Source of the DNA: Candidatus Micrarchaeum sp.
GTDB lineage: Archaea > Micrarchaeota > Micrarchaeia > CABMEP01
Direction: 5' to 3'
DNA: 64,000 bases
Assembly: GCA_020723065.1 (NCBI GenBank)
Contig: DYJP01000002.1
Coordinates: 7,464 to 71,463 of the forward strand
Shown: positions 8,349 to 17,066 of the stretch, piece after piece
How the letters are laid out: every line of letters begins with the position of its first letter
Position numbering within the stretch: position 1 is the stretch's first letter
Made by a program: the position numbers and the translations under genes
Notes under the pieces: generated by a model
Told to the model about the DNA's origin: nothing
Seen by the model: the letters and a program-made list of their open reading frames with translations, nothing else
Databases searched by the model: none

Positions 8349-10859
8349 CTACTCCTTCTTCTCGTAACCGAGCTTGGGGGGGCTATATTTCCTTATGAAC
8401 TCTTTCGCGTAAGTGAGCGCCTTGTCCCGGTATTCCGATTTCGGAGATGCGGAAAGGACTATCTGTTCCCGTTCCATCTTGATGAGAAGATCATTGAGCG
8501 AATATCTCTGCATCAACCGCGTATCAAGAGTGAAGTCTTCCTCGACAGGATCAATGTTTCCTGCGAGCATCTCACTGAACGTCTTGTCGAACACTGTGCG
8601 CCCAATATCCTTGTTTTCAACTAGATCGATCCTTTCCAAGGCGAATTTAACCTCTTCGTCCTTTGCGTAAGGCGACATCAGTCTGTTGAAAAGAAGCTCG
8701 AAAACTTGGTCCTCATCCTTTCTTAATATTGTCGCATCAAACATCTGCCTCGCGGTTGTTTCGTCCAGCACCGGCTTGTCCCCGTAATAGTCCTCGGTCC
8801 GATTGTAAATATCGGCAAGAAAGCTATTTGCCTTGTTTGTTAGAATGTCGAAGGATATGAGCGAATTGAATGCGGATTGCTCCTTTGTTTTCACATCGTA
8901 GGAGCTGTTGTACTTTTCCACGTCGTGAAGGAACTTGTCTACGGAAGCCTCAAGGTTATTTCTTGCAGATATGATGTTGTCCATCCTCTCTTGGAAAATC
9001 TTGCCTTCCTGCTTTTCCAAGCCAACCAGAAGCGAAACGACCGCCTCTCTCTTTTCCTTTGATCCGAGAATCTCCTTTTCGATCTCGGCTTTTAATTTGC
9101 CGTCTTTTTCGGAGACATATTGGTCAAGCATGTTGTTTGAGATTCCCAACTTTTCGCTGACATTAAGCTTGTTTAGCAGTTCCTTGTATTCAGAATTTTT
9201 CACAAGGGAATCTTGTTTGGACACTATCTTAGTAAGAAGCGGGTCCAGCTCGCCCTTTTCAAGCTTCTGCACTCCGTCGTTCTTTACGGCCAGCTTGCGC
9301 TTATCGAATTCATTTAGTGTAAGATCGTTTAAAATGGCCGCAATCGAATCCACCCTCTCTTTCTCGGGAGTAATGGCGTTCATTGCGTTCTTATAATGCT
9401 TACTGTTCTGCGGATCCCCCATGATGTCCAGGACGTTTTTATTTATCATGTTCAGGCTCTTTATCATTTCGGCAATGTATATTCTTTCCAGCTCTATTTT
9501 CGTCTGGACTACTGCATCGATTTTCTTTGCGATTTCCGGATGTTCGGAAAAGTCCTTGGTCACCTTGAGCCCGACCTGCTCACGCAAGTCCTGGAAAAAG
9601 TTCGGATTGAGCGCCCTTCCGGGATCCCTTATGTATTGCACGTATTCACTAAGTATATACGTGTCTACGCTCTTCAGCTCTTCTTTTATAATTTCAGGAT
9701 TAATGCTTTCCAGTTCCGCTTTTTTAGCAAGAGTAAGCGCGGAAAGCGCCTTGAGGTCCTTTTCGTATTCCTGGATCTTCTTGACATACTGCTGCATCAT
9801 TTCATTTATCTTTTTTTCAGCCTGGTTTGCTCTCCAAATCTCCCCCTCCGTCCTTGCCTTTGCCTTTATCTTCTCTAATTTTTCCTTGCGCTTTTGCAGC
9901 GTGTTCACCCTACTCTTAGACGTTGCCAATCCTTTCATCAACTTGCTTCTCACCCCGAATTGGTTCAGTCTTCTTGCAAGCTTGAGCATCCTGTCCTGCT
10001 CTGATCTAGAAGTATAAACTTCCATTAGTTCTGCATATTTGTTTCTAGGCGTGTATTTCTCCAAAGTATTAACGGCCGAGAGCGAATTCAAATCTACATT
10101 TTTCGCTTTATAGAATGCAACGGCAACCGAAGTGAATACTTTTGCCATAGTACCTTTCATCACAGAAGTGCTTGTTTTTAACGAAAGCTTGGTAACGCGA
10201 GGCACCTTAATTCCTTTAACTTTGGGCATAGTTATGTCGAAAGCGGACATTGGCTTCCTTCCGGATGCGTAAAGTGCTGCTGCAAGAACACCTATAAACA
10301 AGAATACTATGAACCAACTTGAATCCACAAGCTCCTTAAACGAAAATACTGAAGATGAAAAGACGGTTTCGAATCTTTGAGTTGGAAAAAAAGTGGAATC
10401 GCCTTCAAAACGGACTTTTATTACTGCCTCATTTGAAGAAACTGTGGCAATGCAGAACCCTTTTCCTTCTGAATTGGTTATCCAGTTGCAAAGCTTAACT
10501 TGGTTAGATTGATCATTTGGATCAACCAAGTATGCAACAACCGATTGCCCCGCAACTGGCGAGAGACCGTAATTGCTAGATATGACTGATGGATCGATTT
10601 GGCCTGTCTGAGCATATTCAGCCAAAGTCTGTTTTGACTCTGGAAGAACGAAGCTAGATAATGTTGCGGATATGTTTAGGCTGGTAGTTGAAATGCTTGC
10701 AACTCTAAACTCTGAAAAATAAGTAGAAGTTTTAGTAGCGGCGAATATCATTTCAGAAAACAGAATGGTAACTAAGAAAATGCTTAGATATGAAAAGAAC
10801 AGTTTACGGATGCAAGGCATTCCAATGCATTTTCTTCTTAAAACCATATCTCTCCCCAT
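8349..10859 (-). CDS. Bitopic membrane protein: N-terminal signal/anchor, ~170-aa extracytoplasmic domain, TM helix, then ~620-aa K/E-rich coiled-coil cytoplasmic domain
   Basis: N-terminal hydrophobic segment FFSYLSIFLVTILFSEMIFA and a second TM WFIVFLFIGVLAAALYA. The long tail has a heptad-like K/E/L pattern with no Walker motifs. Confidence 0.5.
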   Translation of the reverse strand: MGRDMVLRRKCIGMPCIRKLFFSYLSIFLVTILFSEMIFAATKTSTYFSEFRVASISTTSLNISATLSSFVLPESKQTLAEYAQTGQIDPSVISSNYGLSPVAGQSVVAYLVDPNDQSNQVKLCNWITNSEGKGFCIATVSSNEAVIKVRFEGDSTFFPTQRFETVFSSSVFSFKELVDSSWFIVFLFIGVLAAALYASGRKPMSAFDITMPKVKGIKVPRVTKLSLKTSTSVMKGTMAKVFTSVAVAFYKAKNVDLNSLSAVNTLEKYTPRNKYAELMEVYTSRSEQDRMLKLARRLNQFGVRSKLMKGLATSKSRVNTLQKRKEKLEKIKAKARTEGEIWRANQAEKKINEMMQQYVKKIQEYEKDLKALSALTLAKKAELESINPEIIKEELKSVDTYILSEYVQYIRDPGRALNPNFFQDLREQVGLKVTKDFSEHPEIAKKIDAVVQTKIELERIYIAEMIKSLNMINKNVLDIMGDPQNSKHYKNAMNAITPEKERVDSIAAILNDLTLNEFDKRKLAVKNDGVQKLEKGELDPLLTKIVSKQDSLVKNSEYKELLNKLNVSEKLGISNNMLDQYVSEKDGKLKAEIEKEILGSKEKREAVVSLLVGLEKQEGKIFQERMDNIISARNNLEASVDKFLHDVEKYNSSYDVKTKEQSAFNSLISFDILTNKANSFLADIYNRTEDYYGDKPVLDETTARQMFDATILRKDEDQVFELLFNRLMSPYAKDEEVKFALERIDLVENKDIGRTVFDKTFSEMLAGNIDPVEEDFTLDTRLMQRYSLNDLLIKMEREQIVLSASPKSEYRDKALTYAKEFIRKYSPPKLGYEKKE

Positions 10860-10919
10860 TATATTTAATTGATTTATATATAAATGCTTTCCGATTTGCT
10901 TAAATTTACAGATATAAGG

Positions 10920-12113
10920 CTATATGAGTTTTGCTAAACCTTCAGCAAAGTCCTGAGCATCCACATTAAGGAATATGGAAAATGACTTTATGAATGTATA
11001 AGCAAGAACTGCTGCAATAAATGGATAAGCAACTCCGAATATCACCATCTCCCCAATTATTCGCTGCGTATTGGTCATATATGAGATTATGGATGTACTT
11101 TGATATTCTGTTTCACCTATTGAGCTAGTAAATAAGTCCATTGTTTTTGAAAATATTCCAGCAGAAAGTATGTCTGTCAAAATCGGACATGGTACGGCAG
11201 ATAAAAGTGTTGCACTGGTGACACCAGATGTTCCACAAAGGCCGTCAACCCCGCCCGAAGTTGTCCCAAGTACCATCAATATGCTGTATGATATCGGATA
11301 AACGAAATAAAGCCCAATTGAAACGGCAATAAGCAGGTTTCCGACAGAACGAACTACAGGAAAGCCCCTTAAGACCACTCCTACTGGAAGAAACACAGTA
11401 AGCATTGTTGTTTGAATAAAGAGCAGGAGCTGCTTTTGGAAAAAGAACATGTAAATTATGTATGAAATATCTGAAAGCAATCTGTTTATGGCACTTATCG
11501 GAACGCTAAGACCCATTTTAGCAATCTGAGTGACAAAGGAAGACGATGAAAGAACTGAAGATATGCTTCCTAGTGCTGAAGGAACTGAAATGCTCGAAAT
11601 AACCTTATTTGATTCTATTGTATTCAAGACCATCGGAATAGCAACAAGGCAAAATCCATCCTCGTATCGCTTCTGGGCACACACGAGTGTTCGGTTCATA
11701 TAATATTCTGCAACCACAAAGGGAGACTTGTCATTGGCCAAAACAGTTTGAAGTGCGATGCGGTCTTTCGACATTATTCCGACAAATTCTGCAGACTTGC
11801 TTGCAAGGACGTCTACGAACATAATTAGAAATGACAAAAGCACAACTGTAGATATTGCATAAATGAATTCTGATTTCGCAAGCTTCTCCAGGTCACTGGA
11901 TTGAAAAAGCCTTCCAAACATGAATGTAAGAGCCGAAAATGAAAATGAAATAGTCACAGCTATTACGGCAATCAATTCCCAGGGAAAGTCAACCGAATAC
12001 CAAGTCTTTGAAAGTTCCGAAGCAGGTGTTGTTGATGAAGAATAAGTTGACTGTGCTAATGAGATGGAAACGAAAGCCAGGAAAAATACAAACCAATTCG
12101 ATATTCTTCGCAT
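10920..12113 (-). CDS. Paralogous polytopic membrane protein, family member 6 of 6 (397 aa)
   Basis: Signal-like N-terminus. Shared motifs SDLEKLAKSEFIYAISTVVLLSF, LPVGVVLRGFPVVRSVGNLLIAVSIGLYFVYP, and C-terminal tail ...AQDFAEGLAKLI. Confidence 0.6.
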   Translation of the reverse strand: MRRISNWFVFFLAFVSISLAQSTYSSSTTPASELSKTWYSVDFPWELIAVIAVTISFSFSALTFMFGRLFQSSDLEKLAKSEFIYAISTVVLLSFLIMFVDVLASKSAEFVGIMSKDRIALQTVLANDKSPFVVAEYYMNRTLVCAQKRYEDGFCLVAIPMVLNTIESNKVISSISVPSALGSISSVLSSSSFVTQIAKMGLSVPISAINRLLSDISYIIYMFFFQKQLLLFIQTTMLTVFLPVGVVLRGFPVVRSVGNLLIAVSIGLYFVYPISYSILMVLGTTSGGVDGLCGTSGVTSATLLSAVPCPILTDILSAGIFSKTMDLFTSSIGETEYQSTSIISYMTNTQRIIGEMVIFGVAYPFIAAVLAYTFIKSFSIFLNVDAQDFAEGLAKLI

Positions 12114-12140
12114 ACGACCACTAAAAATTACAATACATAA

Positions 12141-13772
12141 CTATATTATCTTCCATATGGAGGCAATATCCATTTCAGAACCAAGCGCGCTAGACAGGCC
12201 TCTTATTCCCTTAGATATTACCGTAAGATTAAGTATTGGAAGCAGAATTCCGGCAATGAACGAGACTACAACCAGATCGAAAAGTTTTCTTATTGATTCG
12301 GATATTGTCGAATCAGAACTGGCGCTTCCTACTATTGTTTGTGAATATGAAGATGTTAGCAAAGTTGTTTGTGTATCCAAAACTTGAAACTGTGCAGACG
12401 GTGACGTTTCGGAAATAGCATAGCTTGCTGCGAGAAGATAGTTTACATCAGATTCAGTCAGAATTGTCTTTGTACAAACTTCATTTGGAGCAGCACCAGT
12501 ACAAGCCCTAGAGGCACACTCTCTCCAATCACCGCACTTTTCCCCATTTGATTTCTTAGGTATGCAAACCTTTCCACCTTCGATCTCATTTGAAACTGTT
12601 CTGTCCCCCACATAAATTGTACTGTAGACATGACTTGTCGAATTGCAAATGCCAGATATGCATTCCGAATCTTTAGTGCACTCTACCCCGTTTGCCTTCC
12701 CTATCTCACATTTTCCAGTGATTGGATTTTTCACAAAACCCTCACAGCATCGTATTGCAACCGAACCTTCTCCACCACAGGAACTACAGTTCTTCCCGGA
12801 AGAAGTCTGCTCACAGTATCCAGACTGGCATTGATCATCTGTCTCGCACGGCTGACCAACATCTTTCAATGGAGAACAAAGCTTAAGATTTTTAGATTGA
12901 TCGAATTCACACATATGCGAATAGCAGTCAAAATTGTTTGTGCATGAAAGTTTCTCAAATATTTCATCTGAATTAACATATTTGTCTACCATTGCCTGAT
13001 TCAAAAGCAAAACGAAAGGAATTAAGATATAAAGACTAATGCCTGCGCCAAGAAGTGCACCGCCAAATTTACGGAAAGGCAAGATGGATCTAAGAACCAA
13101 CCCTATAGGGACCAAAAAGAACAATGTTAAATACGGGACTATCTTTATTATATGAAGCTGAACCACGGTCAACAAGTATGCAGACAAGGCTATCCCATAA
13201 AGAACAAACGTTGAATCGGAAACATATTTTATCGGGTCTGATAATATCTCGAATGTTTTAGATGGTGTTGCATAGCCTTCAACAGATACAGTGGAAAGAA
13301 GCTGCAAGCTTGCTCCTATCGCACCTATTGCGATAGTTGTTTTGCCTAAATATCCAGAAAGTCTAGAAAGATATGATTCGGCAGCAATGAATGTAGGACC
13401 TTCCTTGCCGAAAAGATCGCTCACAACATCGCTACACATAAAGCCGACTATCGCAGTAATTGACACCAGGATAAGTGCGGTGAATACTAGCTGATAAAAC
13501 TCATTTTTAGACTTAGAAATGAAAGAATTGTCGATCGTAGAACCGTACATGTACATAAATCCGACCAGTAAAATTCCAATAATAAGCCCGATGAAGGCGG
13601 TTGCCCTCCAATCATTTATTGAAAGCATGAACTCGCATCCTGCTGTTTGCGCGCTTTCTGCCGTTACTGCGGCTTGAACAAAATAAGAAATGAAAAAGAA
13701 TATGAATAGTGATCTGAATAGAACTGAATCCTGGAAAGTTCCTAAATTCAAATTAAATTTTTTGGAGTCCAT
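12141..13772 (-). CDS. Paralogous polytopic membrane protein, member 5 (543 aa), with a disulfide-rich extracytoplasmic insert
   Basis: Shared motifs KNEFYQLVFTALILVSI and VPIGLVLRSILPFRKFGGALLGAGISLYILIPF. A ~110-aa insert carries repeated C-x(3-4)-D-x-C-x-S-G-x-C modules (CETDDQCQSGYC, CTKDSECISGIC, CTNNFDCYSHMC). Confidence 0.6.
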   Translation of the reverse strand: MDSKKFNLNLGTFQDSVLFRSLFIFFFISYFVQAAVTAESAQTAGCEFMLSINDWRATAFIGLIIGILLVGFMYMYGSTIDNSFISKSKNEFYQLVFTALILVSITAIVGFMCSDVVSDLFGKEGPTFIAAESYLSRLSGYLGKTTIAIGAIGASLQLLSTVSVEGYATPSKTFEILSDPIKYVSDSTFVLYGIALSAYLLTVVQLHIIKIVPYLTLFFLVPIGLVLRSILPFRKFGGALLGAGISLYILIPFVLLLNQAMVDKYVNSDEIFEKLSCTNNFDCYSHMCEFDQSKNLKLCSPLKDVGQPCETDDQCQSGYCEQTSSGKNCSSCGGEGSVAIRCCEGFVKNPITGKCEIGKANGVECTKDSECISGICNSTSHVYSTIYVGDRTVSNEIEGGKVCIPKKSNGEKCGDWRECASRACTGAAPNEVCTKTILTESDVNYLLAASYAISETSPSAQFQVLDTQTTLLTSSYSQTIVGSASSDSTISESIRKLFDLVVVSFIAGILLPILNLTVISKGIRGLSSALGSEMDIASIWKII

Positions 13773-13780
13773 TAAATCAC

Positions 13781-14917
13781 TTATAATTTTTTGATTACTT
13801 CTGAGAAATCCACATCGGATCCGAAGAAGTACCCAAGCTCCTTTGCAACTATAATCGTTATAGTAAAGTCAATTATAGGTATTATCGTAAACAATAAAAA
13901 TGCGAATGACGCTTCGTTGAATAAGACAAGCGGGTTCAAATATTCATTTAGCAACGATGGAAGTTTAGATACAGTATTTATGGAAAAAGCCAATGAAGCA
14001 AATATTGAATTCGTATCATCCTTAAATGAAGTTTCAAGATTCGTCATGAACTTGCCCATTTCTGTATTCTGGGTTCTTGCATCCAGAATATCACTCCATC
14101 CCCCTGGCTTATTCAGAAGTGTATCTACTATTGTTTGATTAATTACAAATGTAAGTGGATAAACTATGTAGAACGAAATTGCAACAACAATCAGAAAATT
14201 ACCAACATTTCTTAAAAAAGAAAAGGTTCTTAATAATAAACCAACTGGCAGAATCAGAGTAAATGCAAGCTTATCTATAAAGTCTAAAAAGTATATCTGC
14301 ATTGTAGTAAGTCCAAGAACTGAAGCAGAAGAGGTTAATATGAAATTGACCATGTTAATTATACTTTCAAAAATAGAGCTTATTGCCCTATCTATGTCAA
14401 ATAAAGGTACTTCCGCAATTTTCGTAAGATAACTGTTGCCAACCACTAATGCAACTTTGAACATATTGGCTGAAGTGACGATTGAAAGCACATATTTTTG
14501 AACGGAAGAAAGATAGATCTTAGCGTTTTCTATCGCTCCGTTTGGATGCTCCACTGTGGCTGTAAATCCGTAAGCCTCAAAAACCATATTCTCTATCTTT
14601 ATCGCTGAAAAGAATAGGAAAACCACTAGCGACATCATGATTACCTGATATAGCTCATTGTTTGCCCAACCGCCCAATTCCCTGACTCCAAAAACCTTGG
14701 AAACCATAAATGCAAGAGAGATAACACCGAGATTTAAGAAGAGCGCTGCAAGAACTATTATTTCCCACGGCAGCGCTCTTAAATTGTAAACTACGACCGA
14801 ATCTTCCTGAGCGAATGTCGCTGGAATTAAAGCAATAATAATCATAAGAACAAAAATGAACGGATGGACACTATATGATTTGAAAGAAGCCGTTCCTGTT
14901 TTTTTAATTTCATTCAT
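13781..14917 (-). CDS. Paralogous polytopic membrane protein, member 4
   Basis: Shared motifs NNELYQVIMMSLVVFLFF and LPVGLLLRTFSFLRNVGNFLIVVAISFYIVYP; tail FGSDVDFSEVIKKL. The start is trimmed to MNEIKK (ATG 14915-14917), which removes the 47-nt overlap with the upstream gene; the track start is 14980. Confidence 0.55.
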   Translation of the reverse strand: MNEIKKTGTASFKSYSVHPFIFVLMIIIALIPATFAQEDSVVVYNLRALPWEIIVLAALFLNLGVISLAFMVSKVFGVRELGGWANNELYQVIMMSLVVFLFFSAIKIENMVFEAYGFTATVEHPNGAIENAKIYLSSVQKYVLSIVTSANMFKVALVVGNSYLTKIAEVPLFDIDRAISSIFESIINMVNFILTSSASVLGLTTMQIYFLDFIDKLAFTLILPVGLLLRTFSFLRNVGNFLIVVAISFYIVYPLTFVINQTIVDTLLNKPGGWSDILDARTQNTEMGKFMTNLETSFKDDTNSIFASLAFSINTVSKLPSLLNEYLNPLVLFNEASFAFLLFTIIPIIDFTITIIVAKELGYFFGSDVDFSEVIKKL

Positions 14918-14933
14918 GTGATCACGATAAGTG

Positions 14934-16148
14934 TTATATAAGTTTAGAGAATCCAGCAAGATCCACGTCTCCTCCAACAAGCTGGGAGAATTCCTTAATG
15001 AATGAGACTAGTCCATAGATAGAAATTATGAATGGAACAAGGATCCATACTGAAAGCACCGAGAGATTATCAAGAAAACCACCGGGCATTATTGTTCTAA
15101 ATATAGTGTATGATATTCGGTCAACTGTATTTCCTTCGGATGTTTCAACCCAAAGATATTTCGTAGTTAAATCCTTTGAGAATTTCACAACTCCTGTTGC
15201 CCAGTCTTTATTTGATTCATCGATATTTTCAGAAACTACTACAATTCCGCCAGTTCCTGCTGCGGAACTTTCAGAAGGAACGTTTGAAATTTGGGACGTT
15301 TCAGCGGTTATAAACTGGGAATTGTCTGAAAATGCAGATACAAACGCATTTGGATCAGGTGAAAACAAAGTCGTCGAAAATACTATAAGCATCGGATATA
15401 TGAAATAAGTTCCGACTGCTATTGAGAAAAGAAGACCGCCCACCCCTCTGAATAATGATATTGACCTCAAAGCAAGACCCGCAATTATTAATGCTGGAAA
15501 GAGCGACTTCATTACAAAAAATAAAAACATTGAATTGGCCTTCAGAAGTATAAGAAGGTTGAAGCCGATTTGAATAAAGTTTGAATAGATTTGGCTTATA
15601 TTGGAGAGAACCGCCAAGGGGGTCGCTTTAAACGCACCATAACCCATAGATACTCCGGCAAGGAGATCGACCCAACCTGCAGAAACCACTTTGTTTGCAA
15701 GATAATACCGCACCACATCATAAGTGTGCTCTAGCTGCGTTATTGCAATCACCATATGGCAAGGAAGTTCGTCTCCTCCGCAGCTCACCTGTACCATTTT
15801 AACTGCAGCATTGAGATTCTCTGGACTTTCAGTAATTATTCCGTACTTTTGGAATTCTATCTTATTGAATGTGCAGTAATCTGTGCTGCAAGAAAGGCTG
15901 AGCGCTGGATTTATCGCAGAAATTACGCCATACATCAGATTGTTCGCTATAGCGACCATGAGCACAGCAGAACTCAGAAGAAATGCTGAAGCAAAAATCT
16001 GGTATATCTCATTCTGGGCCCATTTCTTTAAATTGTCATTGTCGAGGGCCCTTGCGATCATGTAGAATAATGAAATGAAGGCTAAGGAAATCACCAAAAT
16101 TAAAGAGGTGACGGGAGCCCAAGCCTGAAATATCATTTCATATACCAT
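14934..16148 (-). CDS. Paralogous polytopic membrane protein, member 3 (404 aa)
   Basis: Shared motifs LKKWAQNEIYQIFASAFLLSS and IIAGLALRSISLFRGVGGLLFSIAVGTYFIYP; tail VGGDVDLAGFSKLI. Confidence 0.6.
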   Translation of the reverse strand: MVYEMIFQAWAPVTSLILVISLAFISLFYMIARALDNDNLKKWAQNEIYQIFASAFLLSSAVLMVAIANNLMYGVISAINPALSLSCSTDYCTFNKIEFQKYGIITESPENLNAAVKMVQVSCGGDELPCHMVIAITQLEHTYDVVRYYLANKVVSAGWVDLLAGVSMGYGAFKATPLAVLSNISQIYSNFIQIGFNLLILLKANSMFLFFVMKSLFPALIIAGLALRSISLFRGVGGLLFSIAVGTYFIYPMLIVFSTTLFSPDPNAFVSAFSDNSQFITAETSQISNVPSESSAAGTGGIVVVSENIDESNKDWATGVVKFSKDLTTKYLWVETSEGNTVDRISYTIFRTIMPGGFLDNLSVLSVWILVPFIISIYGLVSFIKEFSQLVGGDVDLAGFSKLI

Positions 16149-16163
16149 ATAATCACTTTAAGC

Positions 16164-17054
16164 TTAATCTATGCTATCCAAGAAATTTGTAAATGTCTCT
16201 ACAAATGAAACAGTAATTGTAAAATTGATCAAAGCGAGAAATGTCGCTTGCGGAATCAGAATCGCCATCTGGTCAAAGTAGCCTAAAACATCTATAATTT
16301 GTGAAGATAACTTAAATGTTTCTAAAGGTTCAATAGTTGTCTTTGCAAGACCGTTGAAATTCGGATCAATTGTGTTGTATATTGCATAGTCCATAACGTA
16401 GGTCATTGGAAATACAATATAAAGACCAAAGGCTAATGCCATTAGGAATGAGCCTCCTTTGCGCATCATTGGAATCGTTCGCAATACCATTCCGAGTGGA
16501 AGCAATAATGTCATCGCAAACGCCTCCGAAAACTGAATAAGTATCAATTGAGCATGAAGACTTCCTACTATCACATTGAACAAGGATCCAAAAAGACCTA
16601 TTATCTTAGAAAAAGGAGTGAGCACTTTTCCTGGAGAGAATTTAACTGAACTCTTAGCCGCTGGAAGACCGGTTTTAATCTCTAAAGATGAAATCATGTC
16701 GATAATGAAACCACTGACCCAGAGATTTTGAATTGTCGGAAGCCCTTTCTTATAGATAAGGGTCGTAAGATATTGGCTGCTTGCGGTGAACTGGTTTCCT
16801 TCCCCTATAGTGCTCTGCACCAGATTCTGTGCTGCCCCGCAAGAGGCAGTGGCAAGCCCAACTATTACAACTGCAACTATCAATGCAACGAAAAGCTGAC
16901 TTAGTTCTTTCTTTGCCATCGCCTCGAATTCGCTCTTAATAAGAAGCCTACCGAGCATAAACAGCAAGGAAACAAATGCAAGCGTGGTAATTGAAGCTAA
17001 ACCTATGAAAGTCCAAACATCAATTACAGGCATGCATGCGTCAAGAACAACCAT
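16164..17054 (-). CDS. Paralogous polytopic membrane protein, member 2 (296 aa, minimal core without a large insert)
   Basis: Shared motifs EFEAMAKKELSQLFVALIV and LLPLGMVLRTIPMMRKGGSFLMALAFGLYIVFP. Confidence 0.6.
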   Translation of the reverse strand: MVVLDACMPVIDVWTFIGLASITTLAFVSLLFMLGRLLIKSEFEAMAKKELSQLFVALIVAVVIVGLATASCGAAQNLVQSTIGEGNQFTASSQYLTTLIYKKGLPTIQNLWVSGFIIDMISSLEIKTGLPAAKSSVKFSPGKVLTPFSKIIGLFGSLFNVIVGSLHAQLILIQFSEAFAMTLLLPLGMVLRTIPMMRKGGSFLMALAFGLYIVFPMTYVMDYAIYNTIDPNFNGLAKTTIEPLETFKLSSQIIDVLGYFDQMAILIPQATFLALINFTITVSFVETFTNFLDSID

Positions 17055-17066
17055 ATAAACACCAAA

